From Chloroflexota bacterium (GTDB lineage Bacteria > Chloroflexota > Dehalococcoidia > Lucifugimonadales > Lucifugimonadaceae), in NCBI GenBank assembly GCA_027624075.1, contig JAQBUH010000005.1:13198-77197 (forward strand): DNA of 64,000 nucleotides, written 5' to 3'. This document shows, one piece after another, positions 16,998-26,600 of this stretch. Under the pieces are notes generated by a model. The model was not told where the DNA came from. It searched no databases and worked only from the letters and a program-made list of their open reading frames with translations. How positions within the stretch are numbered: the first letter of the stretch is position 1; every line of letters starts with the position of its first letter. The position numbers were made by a program, and so were the translations under genes.

Positions 16998-18851
16998 CTA
17001 CTCGACCGTTACGGTCTTCGCCAGGTTCCGTGGCTTATCCGGGTTCATTCCCAGGGCGACCGACGTGTGATACGCGAGCATCTGCAGCGGGATGATGTTG
17101 AGGAGCGGCTGGAACAGCGTATGCGCCAGGGGGACGTAGAGCACGTCGTCGGCAAGCGACTTCATAACATCGTCGCCGTCCGTGGTCACCGCGATCACCC
17201 TGCCGCCGCGGCTCTTCACCTCGTTCACGTTGCTGACCATCTTGTCGAACATGGCGTCTCGAGGCGCAATAGCGATAGTCGGCATATCTTTGCTGATGAG
17301 CGCGTTGACGCCGTGCTTCATCTCGCCTGCCGCGTAGCCTTCTGCGTGGATGTAGGCGATCTCCTTCATCTTGAGCGCGCCCTCCATTGCCACAGGGAAC
17401 TGTGCGCCGCGGCCCAGGTACAGCAGGTGGCTGTATGCGGTCAGGTCATCTGCCAGCTTCTTGATCGGCTCGACACGCTCGAGCGCGATGCCGGTCAGCG
17501 CCGGCAGTGACGAAAGGGCTTTTGCCAGTTTGGCCTCCGCCTGCTCAGACAGGTTTCCTCGCAGCGACGCCAGCCTTGCAGCCATCAGCGAGAGCGTGAC
17601 CATTGTGGCGGTCATGGTCTTTGTTGCCGCGACGCCGATCTCCTGGCCGCAACGGACCGGCAGCGTCACGTTGGCAAGGCGGGTTGCCTGCGTGCCTTCC
17701 GCCTCAACGGCCGTCACAAGGAGGCAGCCGCTATCTCTTGCCAGCTCCATGGCGGCGAGCGTGTCTGCTGTCTCCCCGGACTGCGTGACAGACACCACCA
17801 GCGTGTGGCTGTCCAGGACGGGGTTGCGGTACCGGAATTCAGATGCGTTCTCGGCGTATGCCGGGATCCTGGCCAGGGCTTCAAGCGCAGATGCGCCGTT
17901 CATCGCAGCATGCAGGGAGGTCCCCATGCCGATGAACACGGCGCGGTTAATGGCAAGGGCCTGTTCAGGAGTCAGGTTGAACTCGGGAAGCGCAATCCGT
18001 CCGGTTGCGAGGTCGACTCGCTGCCGCATGGCTGCGGTGACGCTCTCAGGCTGTTCCGCTATCTCCTTTGCCATGAAGTGCGGGAAGCGCCCGCGGGCCG
18101 CCATGTCTGCGCTGCGAGTGCTTGTGACGAACACGGTCTTTACGGCCTTGCCGTCGAGCTGCGTTATCTCGCAGCGGTCCGGCGTGATGCTGGCGACCTG
18201 ACCGCTCTCCAGGTAGCAGACCGTGTTGGTGTGTGGCAGCAGGGCGATGATGTCCGAGGCGACCATATATGCGCCGTCTGCCGCGCCGATGACGATCCCA
18301 CCCGCGTTGCCAAGCCGCGCTGCGACGATCTTGTCCGGCTCTGCGACGGAAGTGGCTACGACCGCCGCTGCGCCCTCAACCTGCCTCATGGCGTTGCCGA
18401 CTGCGGCTGCGAGGTTGGCGCCGCGGTCGATCTCGCGTGCGACAAGGTGTGCGATCACTTCGGAGTCTGTGTCTGAGAGGAACTTGTAGCCGGCTTCTTT
18501 GAGCTCCGCCTTGAGATGGAGATAGTTTTCGACGATGCCGTTGTGGACAATCGCAACACTGCCGCTGTGTCCACGGTGCGGGTGGGCGTTTCGCTCTGCG
18601 ACCTCACCGTGAGTGGCCCAGCGCGTGTGCGCTATTCCGACCTTGCCTGCGGGTGTCAGTTCGTCGATGGCCGCCGCAAGTCTTGCGACGCTGTCTGTGC
18701 CGCCTGCCCGCCGGGTTATTGAGATCTCTTTTGAGCCGTTCAGCACCGCTATGCCTGCGCTGTCGTAGCCGCGGTACTCGAGCAGTTTGAGACCGCCGAT
18801 CAGCAGCGGCGCTGCCGGGTTATGGCCGGTGTATCCGAATATTCCGCACAA
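16998..18851 (-). CDS. glmS: glutamine--fructose-6-phosphate aminotransferase
   Basis: MCGIFGY N-terminal nucleophile, two SIS domains, C-terminal ..AKTVTVE. Confidence 0.97.
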   Translation of the reverse strand: MCGIFGYTGHNPAAPLLIGGLKLLEYRGYDSAGIAVLNGSKEISITRRAGGTDSVARLAAAIDELTPAGKVGIAHTRWATHGEVAERNAHPHRGHSGSVAIVHNGIVENYLHLKAELKEAGYKFLSDTDSEVIAHLVAREIDRGANLAAAVGNAMRQVEGAAAVVATSVAEPDKIVAARLGNAGGIVIGAADGAYMVASDIIALLPHTNTVCYLESGQVASITPDRCEITQLDGKAVKTVFVTSTRSADMAARGRFPHFMAKEIAEQPESVTAAMRQRVDLATGRIALPEFNLTPEQALAINRAVFIGMGTSLHAAMNGASALEALARIPAYAENASEFRYRNPVLDSHTLVVSVTQSGETADTLAAMELARDSGCLLVTAVEAEGTQATRLANVTLPVRCGQEIGVAATKTMTATMVTLSLMAARLASLRGNLSEQAEAKLAKALSSLPALTGIALERVEPIKKLADDLTAYSHLLYLGRGAQFPVAMEGALKMKEIAYIHAEGYAAGEMKHGVNALISKDMPTIAIAPRDAMFDKMVSNVNEVKSRGGRVIAVTTDGDDVMKSLADDVLYVPLAHTLFQPLLNIIPLQMLAYHTSVALGMNPDKPRNLAKTVTVE

Positions 18852-18862
18852 GAGCAGGTCCC

Positions 18863-19585
18863 TTACGTGGCATGGGCCGGAGCCGCAGAGATCTCCGCTG
18901 CCTCCAGCTCTTTCGTGTATACGAACGGGATGTCCATCAGCTCTCGATAGTAACCGCGGTAGGACTCTGGAAGTAGGTGGGCTACACGCAGCATGATTTC
19001 GGTTGTCACAGCATCAACCTGCTCTCTGGCCGGCCGGCCCGGACCTTCCCTCGTCACAAGAACCGGCTTTCCGATCTTGATTCTCAGCCTTGCCTTCGGC
19101 ATGAGGACCTTGATGAAGCTCTGCAGCGGCTCAGCGCCGGTAATGCCCACAGGAATGATCGGCGCACCCGTCATCAGCGCCATGTGGCTGACTCCGGGGA
19201 GGCCTTTCCGCATGCCTTCCCCATTTTTATCGCGGGTCCCCTCAGGGAAGAGGACCAGCGTGCCGTCCGGCTGCTTCAGCCGTCTCGCTCCCCATCTCAG
19301 GGCGCCGATATCGTGTGAGCCACGCTTGAGCGGGTGTGCGCCGTATGCGTTCAGGAACATAATGAACGGGCGGGACTTGAACAACTCGCTCTTGGCGAGG
19401 AATCCCGGATGTCTGCCCGTGAGAGCTGCGACTATGGGCGGGTCGAGGTTGGAGACATGGTTCGCGACGAAGATGAGCGGCCCATGTTCAGGAATGTTCT
19501 CCCGCCCTTCGATCACCTGGTCTGCGAAAAGCCTGAGCGTGAGCTTGAACGCGGTGTTGCATATTGTGAACACCCCACTCTTCAC
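18863..19585 (-). CDS. plsC: 1-acyl-sn-glycerol-3-phosphate acyltransferase
   Basis: NHVSNLDP (HX4D) and FPEGTR motifs. GTG start overlaps the cmk stop (GTGA). Confidence 0.85.
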   Translation of the reverse strand: MKSGVFTICNTAFKLTLRLFADQVIEGRENIPEHGPLIFVANHVSNLDPPIVAALTGRHPGFLAKSELFKSRPFIMFLNAYGAHPLKRGSHDIGALRWGARRLKQPDGTLVLFPEGTRDKNGEGMRKGLPGVSHMALMTGAPIIPVGITGAEPLQSFIKVLMPKARLRIKIGKPVLVTREGPGRPAREQVDAVTTEIMLRVAHLLPESYRGYYRELMDIPFVYTKELEAAEISAAPAHAT

Positions 19586-20265
19586 CGTTTGACGCTCCTG
19601 GCAATCTCCGAAATCCGGCAGACAACGTCATCTATGGACAGGTTGTCTGTCTCGACAATGACGGCGTCTTCTGCGGGCCGCAAAGGCGAGGCTTCCCGCG
19701 ATGAGTCGATGTCGTCACGCCACCGCATGGTCTCAAGCACCTCGTCAAGTGGCGGCTGGCCCGGCCTGTCTTTCATCTCAGTGAACCTGCGCCCGGCGCG
19801 GGTCTCCAGCGTGGCGGTCAGGTAGATCTTGGGAGCGGCGTCTTGCAGCACGACGGTGCCGATGTCCCTGCCGACCATGACGATGCCGCCGCCTGCCGCC
19901 AGCTTACGTTGCGCCTCCACCATGATCTCCCGGATGCGCGGGATTGCTGAGATGACGGACACTTTGCTGTCCACGTCATGCCCGCGCAGGCGAGAGGTGA
20001 TGTCAGTTCCGTTGACGAGGATCAGGGTCTCACCCTCGGAGCCGGCGCGTGCCTCGATGTCGATCTGTTCTGCGGCTTCGGTCAGCTGGTCAAGGTCATT
20101 GAAGTCTGCCCCTGCGTCCAGCGCCGCCACTGTCGCGGCCCTGTACATCATCCCTGTATCCAGGAAGCGGTAGCCCATTTTCTTCGCCAGCCTGGTCCCG
20201 ACGACGGTCTTACCGGCCGCCGCTGGGCCGTCAATCGCTATCGCCGTCGCTCCATGGTTGCTCAA
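19582..20265 (-). CDS. cmk: cytidylate kinase
   Basis: IAIDGPAAAGKT P-loop, ..LDTGMMYRA... Confidence 0.93.
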   Translation of the reverse strand: MSNHGATAIAIDGPAAAGKTVVGTRLAKKMGYRFLDTGMMYRAATVAALDAGADFNDLDQLTEAAEQIDIEARAGSEGETLILVNGTDITSRLRGHDVDSKVSVISAIPRIREIMVEAQRKLAAGGGIVMVGRDIGTVVLQDAAPKIYLTATLETRAGRRFTEMKDRPGQPPLDEVLETMRWRDDIDSSREASPLRPAEDAVIVETDNLSIDDVVCRISEIARSVKR

Positions 20266-20430
20266 TTCGTGCTCCGGAATATCTTTCTCATTCAGCCTGC
20301 ATACGGCACAGTGAGTTTATCCGACCACCGGACCGGTCGCCCGCAGACATTCAGAGTTTTAGCGACTGTATAGTCTCCTGGCAAGTTAACGGTTCAGTAA
20401 TGCGGCCGGTGCTAGACTCTGCCATGCGCT

Positions 20431-21201
20431 ATGAGCGCGCCGGGTTCCAACACACGGCGTGATTGGGCGGTAAAAGGCAAGGACCGAAAGGGTGCGTCAA
20501 CAGCCGTGAACTTCTTTGACTGGGTACTGATAGCCCTCTTCGCAATTGGCGCATTCTGGGGTTACCGCAAGGGACTGATCGACGCAGTTCTCCTCGTCGC
20601 CTCCATTTACGTCGCTCTACTACTAAGCGGGCAGTTCGCCGGCCGCATCCTGAACCTCATCTGGGAGGATGCAGGCAACGAGGCGTTTGCAACCGCCGTC
20701 GGATATGTTGTCATCTTTGTCGGCGTTTTCATCGCCGGCCGCATCGTTTCCAGGATCATCAAGTCCAGCCTCACGAAGATGAAGGTTGGATGGGCAGACA
20801 AGGCCGGCGGCGTGCTGGTCGGGCTGCTGGCCGGAGTCCTGTTGTCCGGGGGGCTCATGGCTGTCGCCGCCCGGTACACGTATGTCATAGACAAGGACGC
20901 GGCAGGCGACGGAGGGTCGTCTGGCGGGCTTAGCCCCGAGGCGATCGTGGAACAGCTGCGTGAGTCCGCTGAGAAGTACCTGGTCGACTCCGGCCGCGAG
21001 AACGTCGATCGCTGGCTCCGGGAGTCCGAGATGGTGCCGGTGCTGATTGACGTGCGGAACGTGCTGCCGGGCAGTGCGCTTGGCATGTATCCCGAGGAGT
21101 TCAACACCGCAATTGACATCCTGGAGAGCAAGAGAAACCTGGAAGAAAGCGCGACAGCACTCCAGAATCGTAGTATGAGTATGCAATCCAGCGCCGTTTG
21201 A
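20431..21201 (+). CDS. CvpA family membrane protein
   Basis: ..NFFDWVLIALFAIGAFWGYRKGLI.. is typical of the CvpA N-terminus. True start may be GTG at 20506. Confidence 0.7.
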   Translation: MSAPGSNTRRDWAVKGKDRKGASTAVNFFDWVLIALFAIGAFWGYRKGLIDAVLLVASIYVALLLSGQFAGRILNLIWEDAGNEAFATAVGYVVIFVGVFIAGRIVSRIIKSSLTKMKVGWADKAGGVLVGLLAGVLLSGGLMAVAARYTYVIDKDAAGDGGSSGGLSPEAIVEQLRESAEKYLVDSGRENVDRWLRESEMVPVLIDVRNVLPGSALGMYPEEFNTAIDILESKRNLEESATALQNRSMSMQSSAV

Positions 21202-21269
21202 GTCGTGATATAACGATGGAGATGTAGGCTCAGACGGCGCGTAACGTACTCATAGCGAGGCGATATAGC

Positions 21270-21845
21270 GTGTTGATCACTCGTGCACCTGTGCTGGTCC
21301 TGAACCAGAACTATCAGCCGCTCAACATATGCAACGTGCGGAGGGCGGTCGCGCTGCTAGGAAAAGGCAAGGCTGAGCCCGTTGGCGAGTCCGGCGAGTA
21401 CCTGCACAGCGCCGCCGACCTCATCGAAAAGCCGGTCATCATCCGGCTGTTCTACATGGTCAAGCGGCCGCTCCACCGCAGGAAGCTGTCTCGCCGCGAG
21501 GTCTTCGTAAGAGACGGTTACCGCTGCCAGTACTGCGGCGCAAAGGCCCGTGACCTCACTCTCGACCATGTGATTCCCCGCTCTCGTGGCGGGCAGCACA
21601 CCTGGGACAACGTTGTAAGCGCCTGCAAGCCGTGCAATCACGGAAAGGCCGGCCGCACTCCGAGAGAGGCCGGCATGGCGCTCTTCAGCGCGCCGCGTGA
21701 GCCGCGCCCGAATCCGTATGCGATGTTTCACCCGGGGCGAGTGCTTGATGAGTGGCGTCCGTTCTTACCGTGGGTCCAGCCTTCGCAGTTCAGTGACTTC
21801 GAGCCGGACTTCGGCTCCGTGGCGGTAGCTGTGGCCGGAGACTAA
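21270..21845 (+). CDS. HNH endonuclease
   Basis: ..RDGYRCQYCG..LDHVIPRSRGG.HTWDNVVSACKPCNHGK... Confidence 0.85.
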   Translation: MLITRAPVLVLNQNYQPLNICNVRRAVALLGKGKAEPVGESGEYLHSAADLIEKPVIIRLFYMVKRPLHRRKLSRREVFVRDGYRCQYCGAKARDLTLDHVIPRSRGGQHTWDNVVSACKPCNHGKAGRTPREAGMALFSAPREPRPNPYAMFHPGRVLDEWRPFLPWVQPSQFSDFEPDFGSVAVAVAGD

Positions 21846-21880
21846 GTCCCGCCTGTCCCTGCGCCTGATTAAGCCCCTGG

Positions 21881-23023
21881 TCAGGCCCCCGATGACGCCA
21901 TAGACCGTTCGCTCAGAGTCACAGGCGGAAGGTCCAGCATCATCACCTCAAGTGCGAGCCTGGGAATGGCGTTTGCCTCCAGCGCCGCGATGGTGCTTGA
22001 AACCGAGCTGGCAGCCTGCGAGATAGCGCCCTCGCTGAGCTGTCTGCCAATCTCGTCGAACGCCGCCAGCCAACCGGAGTTGATTACGTTGTCCCTGAGG
22101 CCCGCCTTAGCGACGGCCGTGTCTCGCCACCACTCCAGCCATCTGTACAGCTCGCTGAGCACGGCGTCGCGGTCTCGCCAGAACCTGCCGGAGAGTTCCC
22201 TGGCGTAGACAAACCGCTCCTCAAGATCGCCCGCAATTGCGTTCAGGATGCGCTGCGCGGCCTGTGAGTAGAGCTCCAGCACGGCCGGGTCCCGGACCGC
22301 GGCTATCGCCCATCCCGGTCTGCCGCCGGAGATCTTCGCAAGACGCAGCGCTGTCTCTGGCTCAACGGAGAGGCGGCTTACGAGTTGGTCTGCGATCGTC
22401 TGTGGAGTGACCGGCCGCAGACTGATCCGCTGACACCGGGAGACGACGGTCTCAGGGAGCGCCTCCGCGGTGGTGGCCACGAGGACGATGTAGACATCGC
22501 CGGACGGCTCTTCCAGGGTCTTGAGAAGGGCGTTTGCCGCCTCAGCGGACATGGTTTCCGCGCCGTCAATGATAAAGACGCGGGCCTTTCCCTCGAACGG
22601 CTTCAGCGAGGCGTCGCGTTGCAGGTCGTGGATATGGTTGATGGAGATCAGTTTGCGGGAAGTGCCGCTTGATGCTTCACCGTCTTCTGCGTCGCCGGCC
22701 GCCTTGTCACCCTTGAGCGGCGTTGCCGCGTCGATGACTCTGATATCCGCGTGCAGGCCTTTGCGGATGCGCTGAGCCGCAGGGCACGACGCCAGGTCGA
22801 GGCGCGGGAGCTCACCGAACAGGTCCGGCTGTGGCTCGCAGTTCACGAGGCATGCGAGGTCGATGGCGAGCGTGCGACGGCCCACACGGTCGGGTCCGGT
22901 GATCAGGTAGGCGTGCGACAGCATGCCTGCCATGTTGGCCGCGTCCAGCATGCGGACGGCCGCGTCGTGGCCGAAGGTCTGCCACCCTGTGGCAGGCGGA
23001 ATCTGTTGCGATGTCTCAAACAA
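21881..23023 (-). CDS. holB: DNA polymerase III subunit delta'
   Basis: ..GHDAAVRML..LSHAYLITGPDRVGRRTLA.. AAA+ clamp-loader pattern without an intact P-loop Lys-Thr. Confidence 0.8.
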   Translation of the reverse strand: MFETSQQIPPATGWQTFGHDAAVRMLDAANMAGMLSHAYLITGPDRVGRRTLAIDLACLVNCEPQPDLFGELPRLDLASCPAAQRIRKGLHADIRVIDAATPLKGDKAAGDAEDGEASSGTSRKLISINHIHDLQRDASLKPFEGKARVFIIDGAETMSAEAANALLKTLEEPSGDVYIVLVATTAEALPETVVSRCQRISLRPVTPQTIADQLVSRLSVEPETALRLAKISGGRPGWAIAAVRDPAVLELYSQAAQRILNAIAGDLEERFVYARELSGRFWRDRDAVLSELYRWLEWWRDTAVAKAGLRDNVINSGWLAAFDEIGRQLSEGAISQAASSVSSTIAALEANAIPRLALEVMMLDLPPVTLSERSMASSGA

Positions 23024-24341
23024 GGCTTGTCGCCAGGAGATCGGCGTATGTCTCGCGTCGGCGGATCAGGCGCGCGTCGCCGTCTTTGACCATCACTATT
23101 GCCGGACGCGTGGTCATGTTGTAGTTACTGGCCATTGGCACGGCGTATGCGCCGGACGCCGGCGTGCAGAGGAGGTCGCCCGGCTCAAGCGGCGGCAGGT
23201 CGACGTCCTTCGCAATAAAGTCGCCTGACTCGCAGTATTTGCCGACCACTGTGACCTTTTCCTGCGGGGTGGCGTAAGGTTCACGCACCCGGCGGACGGT
23301 GTACCTGGATGAGTAGAGAGCGGGCCGGATGTTGTCGCCCATTCCGCCGTCGACGCTGACGTAGACACGCACTTCCGGGATGCGCTTGATGCCTCCGACC
23401 GTGTATACCGCAACGCCTGCGCGGGCGACGATTGCGCGGCCAGGCTCGACCGTGAGCAGCGGCTCGTCCAGCCCGTATCGATCACAGCCAGAGCGCACGG
23501 CCTCTGATATCTCGGAGGCATAGGCAGATATTGGCGGTGGAAGCCGCTCGCCGATGTACCCGACAGCGAACCCGCCGCCGGGGTTGAACTCGGCGAGCCT
23601 GAGACCGTGCGCGTCACGCATCTGGGCTGCGAAGTTGAGCACATAGTCGATAGCCTGCGAGTACGGCTCGAGCTCGAAGATCGGTGAGCCGAGGTGGAAG
23701 TGCAGGCCGACAACTTCAAGGTTCTGCGCCGCCATCGCCCGCTCAACCGCCTCCGCGGCGGCGCCCGTCTCGATTGAGAACCCGAACTTGGAGTCGAGCA
23801 CGCCTGTCGTCGTCAGCATGTGGGTGTGCGGGTCGACGCTCGGAGACACCCTGAGCAGGACCTTCTGGCGGACGCCGCGCTCAGAAGCGACCTCATTCAG
23901 CAGACCGATCTCGTAGAACGAGTCGATTGTGACGCGGCCGATTCGATAGTCGATCGCCTCGGCGAGCTCCTCACGGCCCTTGTTGTTGCCGTGGAAGTTG
24001 AGCCGGTCTGGAGGGAAGTTCGCCGCCTTCGCGAAGACCAGTTCGCCGCCTGTGACGATGTCCATGTGGAGACCCTCTTCGGCGATGATCCTTGCCAGCG
24101 CGGGGTTGGCGAACGCCTTGGAGGAGTATTCGACGTGTGAGCGTTCGTAGGCCTGTTTGAAGCCGCCTGCGAACTGCCTGCACATGTGGCGAACGGTGTC
24201 TTCGTCATAGATGTACAGCGGCGACCCGAACTCGGCGACGAGGTCCGGGATGGAGCAGCCGCCTATGGTGATGTTTTCGCCGGAGTCGAGCCCTGCGGTG
24301 ACAGGGAAGAGTTCACGGTCTGTTTCGGTTAGCTGTGGCAT
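23016..24341 (-). CDS. lysA: diaminopimelate decarboxylase
   Basis: ..FGSPLYIYDE.., ..YSSKAF.., ..HFHLGS.., ..CESGD... ATG 24339-24341 (MPQLTETD..) chosen over the long extension. Confidence 0.93.
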   Translation of the reverse strand: MPQLTETDRELFPVTAGLDSGENITIGGCSIPDLVAEFGSPLYIYDEDTVRHMCRQFAGGFKQAYERSHVEYSSKAFANPALARIIAEEGLHMDIVTGGELVFAKAANFPPDRLNFHGNNKGREELAEAIDYRIGRVTIDSFYEIGLLNEVASERGVRQKVLLRVSPSVDPHTHMLTTTGVLDSKFGFSIETGAAAEAVERAMAAQNLEVVGLHFHLGSPIFELEPYSQAIDYVLNFAAQMRDAHGLRLAEFNPGGGFAVGYIGERLPPPISAYASEISEAVRSGCDRYGLDEPLLTVEPGRAIVARAGVAVYTVGGIKRIPEVRVYVSVDGGMGDNIRPALYSSRYTVRRVREPYATPQEKVTVVGKYCESGDFIAKDVDLPPLEPGDLLCTPASGAYAVPMASNYNMTTRPAIVMVKDGDARLIRRRETYADLLATSLV

Positions 24342-24598
24342 CGGTGGGTCGGTTGAGTTGACGGGCACGCTGCCGGTGTGGGCCTGTGCCGGATTCCGGT
24401 TCGGATCACATTCTATTAGTACTTGGCCAGCGTAGGGCGAAGTGCGGCGTGCGATGTGGTGTGAGGCGGACACGCCGGAGCGAGATTTCCAAGGGCACTC
24501 GCAGATAGCTCCGCCGATATACTGCGTTGCATCTGACGCCGGGCATGGTCGATGTCGCGGCAGCAGGTTCACCAGAGTTCGTTAAAGAGGTAAGACGC

Positions 24599-25657
24599 GT
24601 GACTCAGACAGAGTTCAGCGGCCGGCTCACTGAGCTGGCAGCATGCGCCGGTTGAGCGGGTAAGCTCTCACAGAGCGAACTGGCCAGTGTGCTGAGCCAG
24701 CTGCCGCCCGCAACCTACAGGGACCCGAACGTCCTGCTGGGCTTCGAGTCCGGTGACGATGCCGCCATCTACCGGATCTCGGATGAGATCGCGCTCGTTT
24801 TAACGGTCGATTTCTTCCCTCCCATCGTCGACGACCCGTTCCAGTACGGGCAGATCGCGGTCGCCAACGCTCTCTCGGACGTGTACGCCAAAGGCGGCCG
24901 GCCCGTAACGGCGCTCAACATCGCAGCGTTCCCCCGCAGTCTCCCGCCGTCCGTGCTGGCCAGAGTGCTGGAGGGCGGCCAGTCAAAGGCGTCTGAGGCC
25001 GAGGTCTCGATAGTTGGCGGCCACACCGTCGATGACCCGGAGCCGAAGTACGGGCTTGCGGTGACCGGTCTCATACGGCCCGGCGAAGAGGTTACCAACA
25101 GTGGCGCCAGGCCGGGCGACGTGCTGGTGCTGACGAAGGCGATCGGAACAGGGATCATAACGACGGCGGGAAAGGCCGGGATTGCAGACGAGGCGGTGCT
25201 GGCGGGCGCAGTCGCTTCGATGTCTGCTTTGAACAGGGGAGCGTCCGAGGCGATGCTCGAGGTGGGCGTCAACGCCGCAACCGATGTCACCGGGTTCGGG
25301 CTGCTGGGTCACCTCAAGACGATGCTCACCGCAAGCGGCGTATCGGCTTCGGTGAGCCGCGGCGATGTTCCGGTCCTTCGTGGCGCCGTGGAGTTGCTCA
25401 AGCGCGGGGTTGCCCCGGGCGGCACGCACCGCAACCTTGAGTCGCTCGCAGAGCATGTTGACTGGGCAGAGGGCGTCGGCGAGCTTGACCGGCTGCTGCT
25501 GTGCGACGCGCAGACATCAGGCGGACTGCTTATCTCGGTGCCAGAAGAGCGCCTTGAGAAGCTGCGGAGTGCGCTAATCGGCCGGGGCTGTGAGTTCGCA
25601 GCCGCAATTGGCATCGTAGGCGCTGGCACCCCGGGTTCGATATTCGTAGAGCTCTAG
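24599..25657 (+). CDS. selD: selenide, water dikinase; selenocysteine-containing (UGA 24653-24655)
   Basis: ORF-track ORF 24689-25657 is clearly SelD (..GFESGDDAAIYRI.., ..VDFFPPIVDDPFQYGQIAVANALSDVYAKGGRP..). The same frame continues upstream through a single TGA: VTQTEFSGRLTELAACAG-U-AGKLSQSELASVLSQL. This matches the RLT..G(C/U)..K N-terminal active-site loop. AAAGAGG lies 8 nt before GTG 24599. Confidence 0.85.
24664..24700 (+). promoter_or_regulatory. candidate SECIS region (two hairpins just 3' of the UGA)
   Basis: GCTCT-CAC-AGAGC (24664-24676) starts 8 nt after the UGA. CTGGCCAG-TGTG-CTG(A)GCCAG (24680-24700) starts 24 nt after it. Which one, if either, is the SECIS is not determined. 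Confidence 0.35.
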
Positions 25658-25683
25658 CAGACCGGACTGGCCGCAAACGCCGC

Positions 25684-26451
25684 CTACTTTAACGCGGCCT
25701 CGCTCCACAACCTGTCCCGGGTCGAGGGCTCGAGGTCGGCCAGCGCCACACCCTGTGCCAGGTCTTCCGCTCGAAGCACGCGGTCCCGGAGAGCCACCGC
25801 AGCGCCGCGCAGCGCAATCTCGGGGTCCGCTCCCGCCTGGCGGACCTCCCTGGCGATCTTCATCAACAGCGTCGCGGCCCGCCGCTCGACCTGCTCGTCT
25901 GACTCGCCGTCTCTCCGCTCGAACACCGGCTCGGCGGACTCTTCGTCCGATGCCGCAGGCCACCTCAGTCCAGCTTTGGCCGCCCTTCGCTGAACGGACC
26001 CGGCCAGCGCCAGCGCCGGCATGGCCGCCGGCAGGCCCGCAACAGTTGAGGTTCTCCCGCTTTCTTCGCGCTTCAACCTGTCCCAGCGGTCGACAACCTC
26101 TTCCGGGTCGGTCAGCCGCTCTGCGTCTGCGAAGACGTGCGGGTGGCGGCTGACTAGCTTCTCTCGCACTTTGCGGGCAGCAGACGCCGCGTCGAAGCGG
26201 TTTTCACGATGCGCGATGTCTGAGTGGAACACGATCTGCGTCAGGACGTCGCCAAGCTCCTCCTCGACGCCGTCGCTGTCCGCTGAATCGATCGCATCGA
26301 GGAGTTCGTATGTCTCTTCAAGCAGGTGCTGCCGCAGGGAGGCGTGGGTCTGATCGGCGTCCCATGGACAGCCGCCGGGGTCCCTGAGCAGTTCGACAGT
26401 AGCGACCAGCTCCGCGAATGCGTCGCCGGAACTTCGGGCGTACTCAGACAT
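25684..26451 (-). CDS. mazG: nucleoside triphosphate pyrophosphohydrolase MazG
   Basis: ..LRDPGGCPWDADQTHASLRQHLLEETYELLDAI..ELGDVL... ATG 26449-26451. An alternative TTG at 26464-26466 sits 6 nt after AGGAGG. Confidence 0.85.
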   Translation of the reverse strand: MSEYARSSGDAFAELVATVELLRDPGGCPWDADQTHASLRQHLLEETYELLDAIDSADSDGVEEELGDVLTQIVFHSDIAHRENRFDAASAARKVREKLVSRHPHVFADAERLTDPEEVVDRWDRLKREESGRTSTVAGLPAAMPALALAGSVQRRAAKAGLRWPAASDEESAEPVFERRDGESDEQVERRAATLLMKIAREVRQAGADPEIALRGAAVALRDRVLRAEDLAQGVALADLEPSTRDRLWSEAALK

Positions 26452-26495
26452 TTCGATCGTGGGCAATCGGAGCCTCCTTGCTGGCACGGCGGCCT

Positions 26496-26558
26496 GATCG
26501 GCCGGGCTGGCCCGGCTGGCTGATTGGCCGAATTGGCCGATTTGGCCGGATTGGCCGG
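26496..26558. repeat. 9-bp tandem repeat, 7 units (GATCGGCCG GGCTGGCCC GGCTGGCTG ATTGGCCGA ATTGGCCGA TTTGGCCGG ATTGGCCGG)
   Basis: Read directly. Lies in the divergent intergenic region between mazG and 26601(+). Confidence 0.85.
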
Positions 26559-26600
26559 ACGGGGCGCAGACCTCACGCCGAGACAGTATCCTAACCAGCA

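Noticed and set aside
18852-18862. glmS ribozyme upstream of glmS.
   Set aside because: Only 11 nt separate the glmS start from the plsC stop, leaving no room for the ribozyme.
24342-24598. Lysine riboswitch in the lysA leader (divergent region shared with selD).
   Set aside because: I could not recognise the L-box core elements by eye. Undetermined rather than excluded.
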